From NCBI GenBank assembly GCA_045595265.1, contig JAZOAA010000023.1:1-37737 (forward strand): a stretch of 37,737 nucleotides of DNA, given 5' to 3'. The translations under genes were made by a program, and so were the position numbers. The stretch comes from Eubacteriales bacterium. Its GTDB lineage: Bacteria > Bacillota > Clostridia > Oscillospirales > CAG-272. This document shows positions 18,959-26,926 of the stretch, in pieces. Under the pieces are notes generated by a model. It did no database searches. It was not told the origin of the DNA and saw nothing but the letters and a program-made list of their open reading frames with translations. Numbering within the stretch: position 1 is the first letter of the stretch; every line of letters begins with the position of its first letter.

Positions 18959-19546
18959 CTAAATATATTTTTTGCATTGAATCAAGCAGTTTTCTATATC
19001 CTGCCTTCCAACAGCCTTATTACTAAGCCATGGCTCATATTCATGTGAGAATAATATACATTCTATTTCATTGTCATCTTTTATTTTAGAAAGAGTTTTG
19101 TAATATTCTTCCTTGCTCTGCAAGGAGCATCTGTATTTATCAACTCCAGCTCCCTGTAATCCATCTCCGGAAATCAACGTCTTCGAGCGCTTATCAAGCA
19201 CGCCTACCGAATCAAGTGTATGTCCAGGCAAGGAATATACCGAAAGTTCTTTAGAAATTTCCTTTGCGTTTCTAATAATTTCAATATTTGGCGTAAGCTC
19301 TAATAATCGCGGCAAACCGCCTGCGTGGTCACTGTGGCTGTGGGTCAAAACCAAGCATCGTATATCGGAAGGAGCATATCCCATCAGTCTTAATGCCGGT
19401 ATGATATATTCATCCACGTCTTCAGCCGTAGTAGCACAGTCAATAAGAATAGGACCTTCCGAGGATTTTATTAGGAACACGGAAGTATATATGTTATCGA
19501 ACGGTATTTTCAATCGAAATATATCCGAAACCTCTTTGTAAAACAT
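18959..19546 (-). CDS. MBL-fold metallo-hydrolase
   Basis: HSHSDHAGG (HxHxDH) zinc motif. ATG 19546 lies 1 nt after the upstream stop and is preceded by GGAGAAAA. Confidence 0.8.
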   Translation of the reverse strand: MFYKEVSDIFRLKIPFDNIYTSVFLIKSSEGPILIDCATTAEDVDEYIIPALRLMGYAPSDIRCLVLTHSHSDHAGGLPRLLELTPNIEIIRNAKEISKELSVYSLPGHTLDSVGVLDKRSKTLISGDGLQGAGVDKYRCSLQSKEEYYKTLSKIKDDNEIECILFSHEYEPWLSNKAVGRQDIENCLIQCKKYI

Positions 19547-19547
19547 A

Positions 19548-20288
19548 TTAAGTTTTCTCCAAACAATCACGAATGATCTTCATATCACGAAGAAGCGGTT
19601 GTGCTTTCGTAGAAAACTCATCGTGTTCATAGACGCAAAGTGACATGCAATTGCCAAGCGCACCGCCAATGCGTCTCGAAAGATGGCACTCACCGCCGGA
19701 AAGGAAGAGGAACGGAATACCGAGATTTTCTTTCAGCATATTTATTATGCGAAGATTCTCTATCTGCTCTGTCATATTTTGAGCGCCTGTTACTATCTTC
19801 GAAATATCCGCGCCTCGTCTTTTATGCTCTAGTGCAATTTCCATCACCTGTTCCGCCGGAGTAAACTCAAATATATGAGAGGACGCAACTTATCGATAAG
19901 ATACATCTGCTTTTTTACAGCGACAGCATCCTTTGTGAGTTCACCCGTGCAATGATCGAAGATATCTCCCATAACGTCACATAGGGTGGCACCGCAATCC
20001 GCAAGCTCAAGAAGCTCGTTAGCAAGTATATCATCGTTTTTTCCCTCGTTTTCGCAATAGCGATAGTTCGTAACGTAGGTTGGACATCCATCAGCTACTG
20101 CAAAAAAGCTGGCGGTATATTTCGGGTTTACGAAATTCCGATTTCATACGGCAGAACTGCATACCAAAAGCCTCCGCACCATTGGATATCGAACAGTTGA
20201 TAAGATGCTTTATTCTATCGGGATTTTCCGCTTGTAACATACAGGTAAGAAGCGGTTTCTCATAGTCTAAAAACGTCGGTTTCGTCAT
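19548..20288 (-). pseudogene. Type-I 3-dehydroquinase-like paralog, disrupted by at least 2 frame changes
   Basis: The N-terminal piece (20091-20288), a middle piece readable only in another frame (AVADGCPTYVTNYRY...LCDVMGDIFD...AVKKQMYLIDK), and the C-terminal piece (19548-19889, SSHIFEFTPAEQVMEIALEHKRRGADISKIVT...) align colinearly to the intact paralog at 21069-21842. The first shift is at the A6/T6 run 20102-20107; the second is near 19880-19895. Confidence 0.7.
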
Positions 20289-21058
20289 TATGATCTCCTG
20301 TTCATAGCGTTTCTACCGCCGTCTATCATTATGTTTTCGCCATTTATAAACTGCCCTTTGTCCGATGCTATAAACAAGCATAGGTCTACTATTTCCTGAG
20401 GATCTGCCGCCCTGCCAAGAAGTGTTTTCATATTTGCCATAGCAGCTCGTGTAAGTACCGGTCCCGGAGATACGCAAACGCATCTGATTCCGTGATTTGC
20501 ACCAAACTGTGCAATAGATTTTGTAAGTCCGTACATGAGGCCCGCCTTAGAGGTAGGATAATCCATACCGTATCCGTCTCCCTCTGCTCCCGTTATAGAA
20601 CCGATATTTATTATAAGACCGCTCCTTTGCTCTCTCATTTGTTTTGCAACAGCGTGTGCGAAATAAAACGGACCTTTAAGGTTTACATCTATACCCCAAT
20701 CATACACATCAATAGGTACATCGGGAAATTCGGGATATGCCTCCCTGTCTACTTTACACATTCTGACAGCTGTTCCACCAGCAAAATTCGCCATAACGTC
20801 TATTCTGCCAAATTCAGTAATAGCTTTATCCCTCGCAGCACAAACTTGAGAGTAATCACGCACGTCGCAAACAGCTCCCACGGCGCGCCCCGCGCCTTTT
20901 GCGTTAATAGAATTAGTCTTTTCGTAAAGTGCGGCTTCGTTTACGTCGCACAGAACCACATCACCGCCAAGCGATGCAAAATTTTCAGCAAATAGGAGTC
21001 CCATTCCTGAAGCCGCCCCTGAGATTACCGCAACCTTACCTTCAAAATTGAAATTCAT
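20288..21058 (-). CDS. SDR-family oxidoreductase
   Basis: GKVAVISGAASGMG (TGxxxGxG-type) and a Y..xK catalytic region (YPTSKAG). ATG 21058 follows GAGGTGA; the track start at 21067 is a GTG inside the RBS. Confidence 0.88.
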   Translation of the reverse strand: MNFNFEGKVAVISGAASGMGLLFAENFASLGGDVVLCDVNEAALYEKTNSINAKGAGRAVGAVCDVRDYSQVCAARDKAITEFGRIDVMANFAGGTAVRMCKVDREAYPEFPDVPIDVYDWGIDVNLKGPFYFAHAVAKQMREQRSGLIINIGSITGAEGDGYGMDYPTSKAGLMYGLTKSIAQFGANHGIRCVCVSPGPVLTRAAMANMKTLLGRAADPQEIVDLCLFIASDKGQFINGENIMIDGGRNAMNRRS

Positions 21059-21068
21059 AATTATCACC

Positions 21069-21842
21069 TCAATCTACAATAATTAAATTATCTCTTATAG
21101 CTCTTGATGCCTTCAGCGAAGGCTGTATCTTATTGGTAAGCTCGTTATAATGCTCAACACAAAGACAAATATCAACACCGAAAGCAATACCAACCTGTCT
21201 TACGGTATAGGAATACTTTCCGCTTGAAAGATAAAGCAGAGGAACATCGATCTCTTCTTTGATTTTTGTTATAATATCAATATTTGAAATAAGCTCTTCT
21301 CTGCTGTTTGCTTTTGTAACGATTTTTACAACATCGGCGCCTCGTCTTACCTGCTCTCTTGCTTGTCTTATTATTTCTTTTTCGCCAAGAAATTCGATAT
21401 GATGCACAGAATACAAAACCTCGCATCCGAGCTCATGAATCTTGTCGGCAAGCTGCATTTGCTTTTTTATCACAGCTTCATCATCAGAAAATCCGCTGGG
21501 AACCTTACCAAACATATCACACATAATATCACAAAGTACCACTCCGTATTTTGCTGCACATTTAGCGGCAAAAAGAAGATATTTCGCGCATTCCTCGTGC
21601 GAAAATGCAGTGCTTTCAACCTCGGGATAAGAGTAAAGATATACAGGTTTTCCCGCACAGGCTGAAAAGATGCGGTCAAGATCCTCTTCGTTTCTATACT
21701 CCTTTTTCAAAAATCCAAGACCAAAGCCCAAAGCATCAGCACCGCCATATATTGAATTTGCTATGTATGCAAGCGCAGACTTTATCTCAGTCTCGGTAAC
21801 CATAGAAACAAGCATCGGTTTTTTATTATCAGTAAATGCCAT
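21069..21842 (-). CDS. Type-I 3-dehydroquinate dehydratase-like protein
   Basis: PMLVSMV, SVHHIEF, GADVVKIVTKA and LLYLSSGKYSYTVRQVGIAFG line up with AroD blocks KIIVSLM, SNHDFHKTP, IPKIALMP and [21 protein letters not shown]. Start at ATG 21842 after GGAGGTGA; the track start at 22067 runs through the promoter region. Confidence 0.72.
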   Translation of the reverse strand: MAFTDNKKPMLVSMVTETEIKSALAYIANSIYGGADALGFGLGFLKKEYRNEEDLDRIFSACAGKPVYLYSYPEVESTAFSHEECAKYLLFAAKCAAKYGVVLCDIMCDMFGKVPSGFSDDEAVIKKQMQLADKIHELGCEVLYSVHHIEFLGEKEIIRQAREQVRRGADVVKIVTKANSREELISNIDIITKIKEEIDVPLLYLSSGKYSYTVRQVGIAFGVDICLCVEHYNELTNKIQPSLKASRAIRDNLIIVD

Positions 21843-21872
21843 AAAAGTCACCTCCAAGCAATGATTAATTTG

Positions 21873-21901
21873 ATTATATTCCTTTTTTTCGATTAAGGCA
21901 A
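21873..21901 (-). promoter_or_regulatory. Promoter of the DHQase-like/SDR operon
   Basis: Minus strand: TTGCCT (21896-21901), 17 nt spacer, TATAAT (21873-21878). Confidence 0.6.
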
Positions 21902-21951
21902 TAGTAAAAACAAAATTATTTAACATTTTCGATACTTTTTTCGAAAAAATA

Positions 21952-21980
21952 TTGAATATTTTCAAGATATGCGATAAAAT
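21952..21980 (+). promoter_or_regulatory. Promoter of the AraC-family regulator
   Basis: TTGAAT (21952-21957), 17 nt spacer, TAAAAT (21975-21980). The inverted repeat TTTTCGA-n8-TCGAAAA lies just upstream (21927-21948). Confidence 0.55.
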
Positions 21981-22005
21981 AATATGTAGAAAGGTTGGTG
22001 AGCTT

Positions 22006-22752
22006 ATGCAGTTGAAAAATGCGGTTATTACCTCTGTTTTGGGCGTATTTACAATTCCGACAAGCAAGGATAGATTTTTGAAAATAGTAAATCGACCAAG
22101 CTATGCCATATCATTTTGTACCGATGACGGAGTTATCGTCTATAATAATGACGGAAAGAAAACCGTTTCTGACAAAAACCGCGCAGTTATATTGCCTCAG
22201 GGTCAAAACTACACGCTTTACAACGAAGAAGGCGGCAATTTTCCAATAATAAATTTTTTAACCGAAAAACCAATAACCGAGGAATTTCTTGAAATCAAAA
22301 TTAAAAATCCACAGGTTTACATAAGTAGTTTTGAAAAAATGCGTGCTTTATGGCTTAGCGGAAACGACCAAGCAAAGCTCTTTTCTATACTTTACGATAT
22401 GCTGTCAAGGTTGTGTAAAGAAAACGTACCAATAAATCCGGTGCTTTCAGGCTCAATCAATTTTATTTACGAGAATATACACAACCCACTTTTAACAAAT
22501 ACGCTACTTGCGCAAAGAGCGAAAGTAAGCGAGGTTTATTTCAGACGGCTGTTTAAGCAAGAATACGGAACCACACCAAAGCAGTATATACTTAATCTAA
22601 GGATAGAAAACGCAAAAAAATTATTAAGCGAGGGCATAAGCTCTATCGGTAAGATATCTAAATCATGCGGTTTTTCAAGCGTTTATCATTTTAGCAGAGA
22701 GTTTAAGCTTATTACTGGATATGCACCAAGCGAATATTCAAGGAAAAGTTGA
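22006..22752 (+). CDS. AraC-family transcriptional regulator
   Basis: C-terminal double HTH (LLAQRAKVSEVYFRRLFKQEYGTTPKQY...GFSSVYHFSREFKLITGYAPSEY) and an N-terminal cupin-like sensor. Start at ATG 22006, since the track's TTG at 21952 is the -35 hexamer. Confidence 0.85.
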   Translation: MQLKNAVITSVLGVFTIPTSKDRFLKIVNRPSYAISFCTDDGVIVYNNDGKKTVSDKNRAVILPQGQNYTLYNEEGGNFPIINFLTEKPITEEFLEIKIKNPQVYISSFEKMRALWLSGNDQAKLFSILYDMLSRLCKENVPINPVLSGSINFIYENIHNPLLTNTLLAQRAKVSEVYFRRLFKQEYGTTPKQYILNLRIENAKKLLSEGISSIGKISKSCGFSSVYHFSREFKLITGYAPSEYSRKS

Positions 22753-22777
22753 CAATAAAATATATTTTTGTTATAAT
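22749..22777 (+). promoter_or_regulatory. Promoter of glpK
   Basis: TTGACA (22749-22754, overlapping the AraC stop), 17 nt spacer, TATAAT (22772-22777). Confidence 0.7.
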
Positions 22778-22814
22778 TGATATGAAAATTTTTAACTAAC
22801 GAGAGGTTTACGTG

Positions 22815-24305
22815 ATGAAAAAATACATTATGGCTCTTGACCAAGGCACAACAAGCTCAAGATGTATTCTTTTTGAAAAATCCGGAAGAATCGCAAGCCT
22901 TGTTCAAAGAGAATTTGCCCAGATTTTCCCCAAGGAAGGCTGGGTCGAGCATGACCCGATGACGATATGGTCAACGCAGATGTCTGCTGTTACGGAGGCG
23001 CTTCTCAAAATTGGTGCTAACTGGGATGAGATCGCCGGAATAGGTATAACTAACCAGAGAGAAACGATTGTTCTTTGGGACAAAAAGACGGGTGTGCCCG
23101 TATATAACGCAATCGTTTGGCAATGCAGAAGAACCGCAGATTTCTGCAAAAAACTTGAGGCGGACGGTTATGGCGAAATGATAAGATCAAAAACAGGGCT
23201 GCTTATAGACCCATATTTCTCTGCCACCAAAATCGCGTGGATTCTCGAAAACGTTGAAGGTGTGAGAAAGAGAGCAGAAAGAGGCGAGATTTGTTTTGGA
23301 ACAATCGACACGTGGTTAATTTATAATATGACGGGAGGAAAGGTACACGCTACCGACTACTCAAACGCGTCACGTACTATGCTCTTTAATATAAATACAC
23401 TTAAGTGGGATGAGGATCTACTTAAGCTCTTTAATATACCCGAGTCAATCCTTCCGGATGTCTCCCCCTCCTCGCATATATTCGGCTACACAGACCCTGC
23501 GATATTCGGTGCTTCTCTTCCTATTGCGGGTGTTGCAGGAGATCAGCAGGCAGCGCTCTTCGGTCAATGCAGATTTAACGAAGGAGAATTAAAGAACACC
23601 TACGGTACGGGCGGATTTTTACTGATGAATACAGGCTCGGAACCTTATATTACGGACTCAGGGCTTCTGACGACTATCGCTTGGGGACTTGACGGCAAGG
23701 TCACATATGCACTTGAGGGCTCGGTTTTTGTTTGCGGTGCTGCGTTGCAATGGCTGCGCGACGGGCTTAAAATCATAGATTCTGCTGCCGACAGCGAATA
23801 TTATTCCAAAAAGGTTTCGGATTCGGGCGGTATTCTAGTCGTTCCCGCATTCTCCGGTCTCGGCGCTCCTTGGTGGGATCCGTATGCCAGAGGAATTATT
23901 ATCGGTATTACACGTGCTACAAATAAATATCACATCATAAGAGCTACTCTCGAGTCAATGGCGTATCAGACCGCAGACGTAATCGATCTTATGGAAAAGA
24001 CGGCGAATATTAAGATTTCGGCACTCGCAGTTGACGGCGGCGCCTCGGCAAACAACCTACTTTTAGAGTTCCAGGCAGATATACTCGGAGTTCCGACAGA
24101 ACGTCCTGAATGTGTGGAAACAACCGCTCTGGGTGCAGCATACCTTGCAGGACTTGCAACCGGATTCTATTCTTCTCTCGATGAAATCAAAGAGAATAGA
24201 AAAATATCAAAAACATTTACTCCAAATATGGAAGAAAAATCAAGAGAAGCTCTCCTAAACAGATGGAGACGCGCAGTTGAGCGCTCTCTTAATTGGAGCG
24301 AATAA
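22815..24305 (+). CDS. glpK: Glycerol kinase
   Basis: [20 protein letters not shown]...[13 protein letters not shown]...FHGGY-type sugar kinase blocks; about 496 aa. Confidence 0.96.
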   Translation: MKKYIMALDQGTTSSRCILFEKSGRIASLVQREFAQIFPKEGWVEHDPMTIWSTQMSAVTEALLKIGANWDEIAGIGITNQRETIVLWDKKTGVPVYNAIVWQCRRTADFCKKLEADGYGEMIRSKTGLLIDPYFSATKIAWILENVEGVRKRAERGEICFGTIDTWLIYNMTGGKVHATDYSNASRTMLFNINTLKWDEDLLKLFNIPESILPDVSPSSHIFGYTDPAIFGASLPIAGVAGDQQAALFGQCRFNEGELKNTYGTGGFLLMNTGSEPYITDSGLLTTIAWGLDGKVTYALEGSVFVCGAALQWLRDGLKIIDSAADSEYYSKKVSDSGGILVVPAFSGLGAPWWDPYARGIIIGITRATNKYHIIRATLESMAYQTADVIDLMEKTANIKISALAVDGGASANNLLLEFQADILGVPTERPECVETTALGAAYLAGLATGFYSSLDEIKENRKISKTFTPNMEEKSREALLNRWRRAVERSLNWSE

Positions 24306-24316
24306 GTACAAAAAAC

Positions 24317-24353
24317 GACCTTGCTTTCTTAAACACGGCAAGGTCTATTTTTA
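24317..24353. terminator. Bidirectional terminator between glpK and the radical SAM gene
   Basis: GACCTTGC-n13-GCAAGGTC, flanked by AAAAAAC on the left and TATTTTTAT on the right, so there is a U-tract on both strands. Confidence 0.8.
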
Positions 24354-24411
24354 TTCAAAAGATAAGATTTTACCTATTTACTATATTCATAACAAACAAC
24401 AAAACATAGTG

Positions 24412-25809
24412 TTATTTATTCTTCAAATGGTAATATGCTTTCATTTTTGTTTTTGCCTGTAAGCACTGTACATCAGAGCGTTTCAAATAACCGTTTTCAA
24501 GATACCCCATTCCCGGACAATAATTACAAAAGGCGCAGTAATCCTCTTTATAACATTCTTTGCAGTCTGCCAAAGTAACTTGATGCCATTTATAAAGACG
24601 GCTGGCTTTATCTTTTTCCATTGCGGCTTGCCATATATCTTCCATGGATTTTTCATTTAGGTTTCCAACAGAATACGGTAAAGATACGCAAATTACCACC
24701 TCTCCGTTAGGTGTAACAGTAAGCCCTGTATATCCGCCGAGACACGGTGTTGAGTCTGCTATGTTTGTTATATCAAGAGGCTTGAATTTTTCATCGAGAT
24801 ATAGTGGCGAGTTCGGATTAGTGTAAAGTTCGAACAACTCATCTTCTGAAAGGAGAAATTTCATCGTCTTTTTGTTACCTTCAATAGTGGGAATCAAAGA
24901 TATATCGGCAATTGAAGTTGCGCCTATTTCAGCAGCATATTCCTTAACTTTTATACAATCCATGCAATTGAAATTAAGCAAAAAGTTTTTGATTTGAACA
25001 TTCAAATTATCGCCTTTCATTTTGTCTATCAGCGAATATGTCTTTTTGAATGATCCCTCGATGTCTGTTACTCTGTCATGTGTTTTTTCATTTGTACTAT
25101 AAAGGCTTACGCAAATTCTATACGGAAATAACTCCTTTACTTCGGTATACAGTTTTTCGTTATCCGCAAAAACTTGACCGTTAGTAAATATTTCCACCGA
25201 AATGTGCTTACTTCTTGCATATTTTATAAGGTCTAAAAAGCGAGAATGAAGAGAAGATTCTCCGCCCGAAAAAGTTATACGAAAGCAACCCATTTCATAA
25301 GCATCGTCTATTGCTTTTTTACACATGTCGTAATCAATTTCCACATTGTTCATGTGCTTGGGATTGTAGCAATGTACGCATTTTAGGTTACAGCGATACG
25401 TAAGCTCAAAGAACAGCGAAAACATAAACTTGTTCTTAAAAAGCCATGTTTGCATTTGCTCGATAAATGAGGTTTCCTCCCCCGAGGTGGCGATATCGTC
25501 GCAAACCGGTGCATAGCTTGTACTTAACTGTTGTTCGCTTTTTTTGAAAACAATAAGGCCTTGTTCTGCGAGAGAATCAATAAAATCATAAACTTGCTCC
25601 GCTACTCCGTTTTTCTCAGCAAAATCAGCAAGTTCCTCGTCACAAACCCTATCATATAGCAGCTTCCATAAATCGCTGGATATGCCGTCTAACTGAATAT
25701 ATTCGTGGCTTTTTTCATTTGAAATGTAAGTTCTGCTTTCTTTTTTTCCGAAAAAATATGTATGACAGGAAATCCAGTTTGGTATGAAGATTTCATCTAC
25801 GCTTATCAT
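24412..25809 (-). CDS. Radical SAM/SPASM peptide-modifying enzyme with an N-terminal PqqD-like (RRE) domain
   Basis: 465 aa. About 100 N-terminal aa resemble a PqqD/RRE winged helix (YIQLDGISSDLWKLL...FIDSLAEQGLIVF). CNLKCVHC is the CxxxCxxC motif. The C-terminal Cys-rich region (CLGGYTG...TPNGEVVIC...CKECYKEDYCAFCNYCPG...C) is a twin auxiliary-cluster SPASM pattern. ATGA overlap with the upstream gene. Confidence 0.85.
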   Translation of the reverse strand: MISVDEIFIPNWISCHTYFFGKKESRTYISNEKSHEYIQLDGISSDLWKLLYDRVCDEELADFAEKNGVAEQVYDFIDSLAEQGLIVFKKSEQQLSTSYAPVCDDIATSGEETSFIEQMQTWLFKNKFMFSLFFELTYRCNLKCVHCYNPKHMNNVEIDYDMCKKAIDDAYEMGCFRITFSGGESSLHSRFLDLIKYARSKHISVEIFTNGQVFADNEKLYTEVKELFPYRICVSLYSTNEKTHDRVTDIEGSFKKTYSLIDKMKGDNLNVQIKNFLLNFNCMDCIKVKEYAAEIGATSIADISLIPTIEGNKKTMKFLLSEDELFELYTNPNSPLYLDEKFKPLDITNIADSTPCLGGYTGLTVTPNGEVVICVSLPYSVGNLNEKSMEDIWQAAMEKDKASRLYKWHQVTLADCKECYKEDYCAFCNYCPGMGYLENGYLKRSDVQCLQAKTKMKAYYHLKNK

Positions 25810-26708
25810 AATATAAATGCCTCTTTGTTTAATATTTTTTGTATACGAACGCTTTGGTTTATAAATTCCGGATTTATAACATTATATTCTTCAATAAAAG
25901 TATCATAAATGTCAAATAAATTATATTCTTTTAACAAAAGCGCTCTTAGCTGAAGACATATCTCTGCTCCGTATAGAACTTCTTTTTCCTTACGTTCGTT
26001 GGGAATCTGTGTTCCGTCGGTTCCGTCAAAAAGCATAATGTCAGGCGCTGTTAGCCACTCATAGTCAACTACTTCTGCCAGCATGGTTACGTTGCCGTAA
26101 TCAAGAGTGTCGTTTATAAAATGATTTTTGTGCAGTATTGCAACGCTTTTTGCCAGTTCCCTAGTGAATCTATTTGGATACTCGTCAACAGATATTCCCC
26201 AATAATCACAACAATATTTTATAACAGATTCTTTTTCGTTTTCGGTGAGATACATTAAATCTGCCACGCGAAAAGGGCACTTTAACTTTGTATAAATAAT
26301 ACACGGCGAAACTAATGCTCCGTTGCTGAATTTTATATTTTTAAGGAAATCATATTTTTTCGGCAACAGGAAATCAGATATTTTTTTATAATATAATACC
26401 TTTGGAAATCTATCTGAAATCTTTTCTATTTTGCGGCTTACTTCTAATTCTCTTATGGCAGAGGAGGATGGATACAAACCGAAAATTAACTCTTCGTCTT
26501 TGGTGGAAATATAAATTTGAGGACCGTTATAGTTCCAGCCACCTCCTTTTACGTTTATCCAGTTATAATCGCCTGCTTTTATCGCAACTGCTCTTCCATG
26601 AAAAGGAGAAACATGTGTGGCTTTTACATTTTCGTAGTTGATTTCGTCAGGAACAAAAATTCTTCCCAGCGTTTCGTCATTAAAAATTTTGAATTTTTCG
26701 AATTTCAT
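25806..26708 (-). CDS. Hypothetical protein, possible ATP-dependent (kinase-like) peptide-modifying enzyme
   Basis: 300 aa from ATG 26708 (AGGAAAA RBS); the track start at 26756 lies inside the upstream hairpin. No family recognised. Weak motif resemblance to the kinase fold: RAVAIKAG, RELEV, HFINDTLDYGNV (Brenner-like) and VVDYEW (IDFEY-like). Confidence 0.55.
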   Translation of the reverse strand: MKFEKFKIFNDETLGRIFVPDEINYENVKATHVSPFHGRAVAIKAGDYNWINVKGGGWNYNGPQIYISTKDEELIFGLYPSSSAIRELEVSRKIEKISDRFPKVLYYKKISDFLLPKKYDFLKNIKFSNGALVSPCIIYTKLKCPFRVADLMYLTENEKESVIKYCCDYWGISVDEYPNRFTRELAKSVAILHKNHFINDTLDYGNVTMLAEVVDYEWLTAPDIMLFDGTDGTQIPNERKEKEVLYGAEICLQLRALLLKEYNLFDIYDTFIEEYNVINPEFINQSVRIQKILNKEAFIL

Positions 26709-26729
26709 ATTTTTATTTTTCCTATATTC

Positions 26730-26775
26730 AAAAATGTAAATCCGCCAGATATGCAAAAACCTGCCTGGCGGATTT
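26730..26775 (-). terminator. Intercistronic hairpin / leaky terminator between the peptide gene and the enzyme genes
   Basis: Perfect 11-bp stem AAATCCGCCAG / CTGGCGGATTT (26765-26775 / 26738-26748) with a 16-nt loop. It is followed on the minus strand by ACATTTTTG. No U-tract on the plus strand. Confidence 0.6.
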
Positions 26776-26798
26776 ATGTTAGCATTATGCCGGCAATA

Positions 26799-26900
26799 TT
26801 AGCCCATTTTTGCACGAATACCGCAAGAATGGTCAGTCATCTTACCGCAACCGGACATACTAGCAACGTGCTGTGCAGCCTTCTTTGTAATCTTAAGCAT
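26799..26900 (-). CDS. 33-aa putative RiPP precursor peptide MLKITKKAAQHVASMSGCGKMTDHSCGIRAKMG
   Basis: Hand-translated. ATG 26900 lies 7 nt after AGGAGG; TAA at 26799-26801. It is first in an operon with a radical SAM/SPASM-RRE enzyme and has its own consensus promoter. Below the 60-aa ORF-track cutoff. Confidence 0.65.
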   Translation of the reverse strand: MLKITKKAAQHVASMSGCGKMTDHSCGIRAKMG

Positions 26901-26926
26901 TTGATAATCCTCCTTTTTTGATTTTT

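Noticed and set aside
26517-26921. 134-aa plus-strand ORF spanning the peptide gene region
   Set aside because: It is antisense to the 300-aa gene, the hairpin and the 33-aa peptide gene. It has no RBS, and its end runs through the RBS of the opposite-strand gene.
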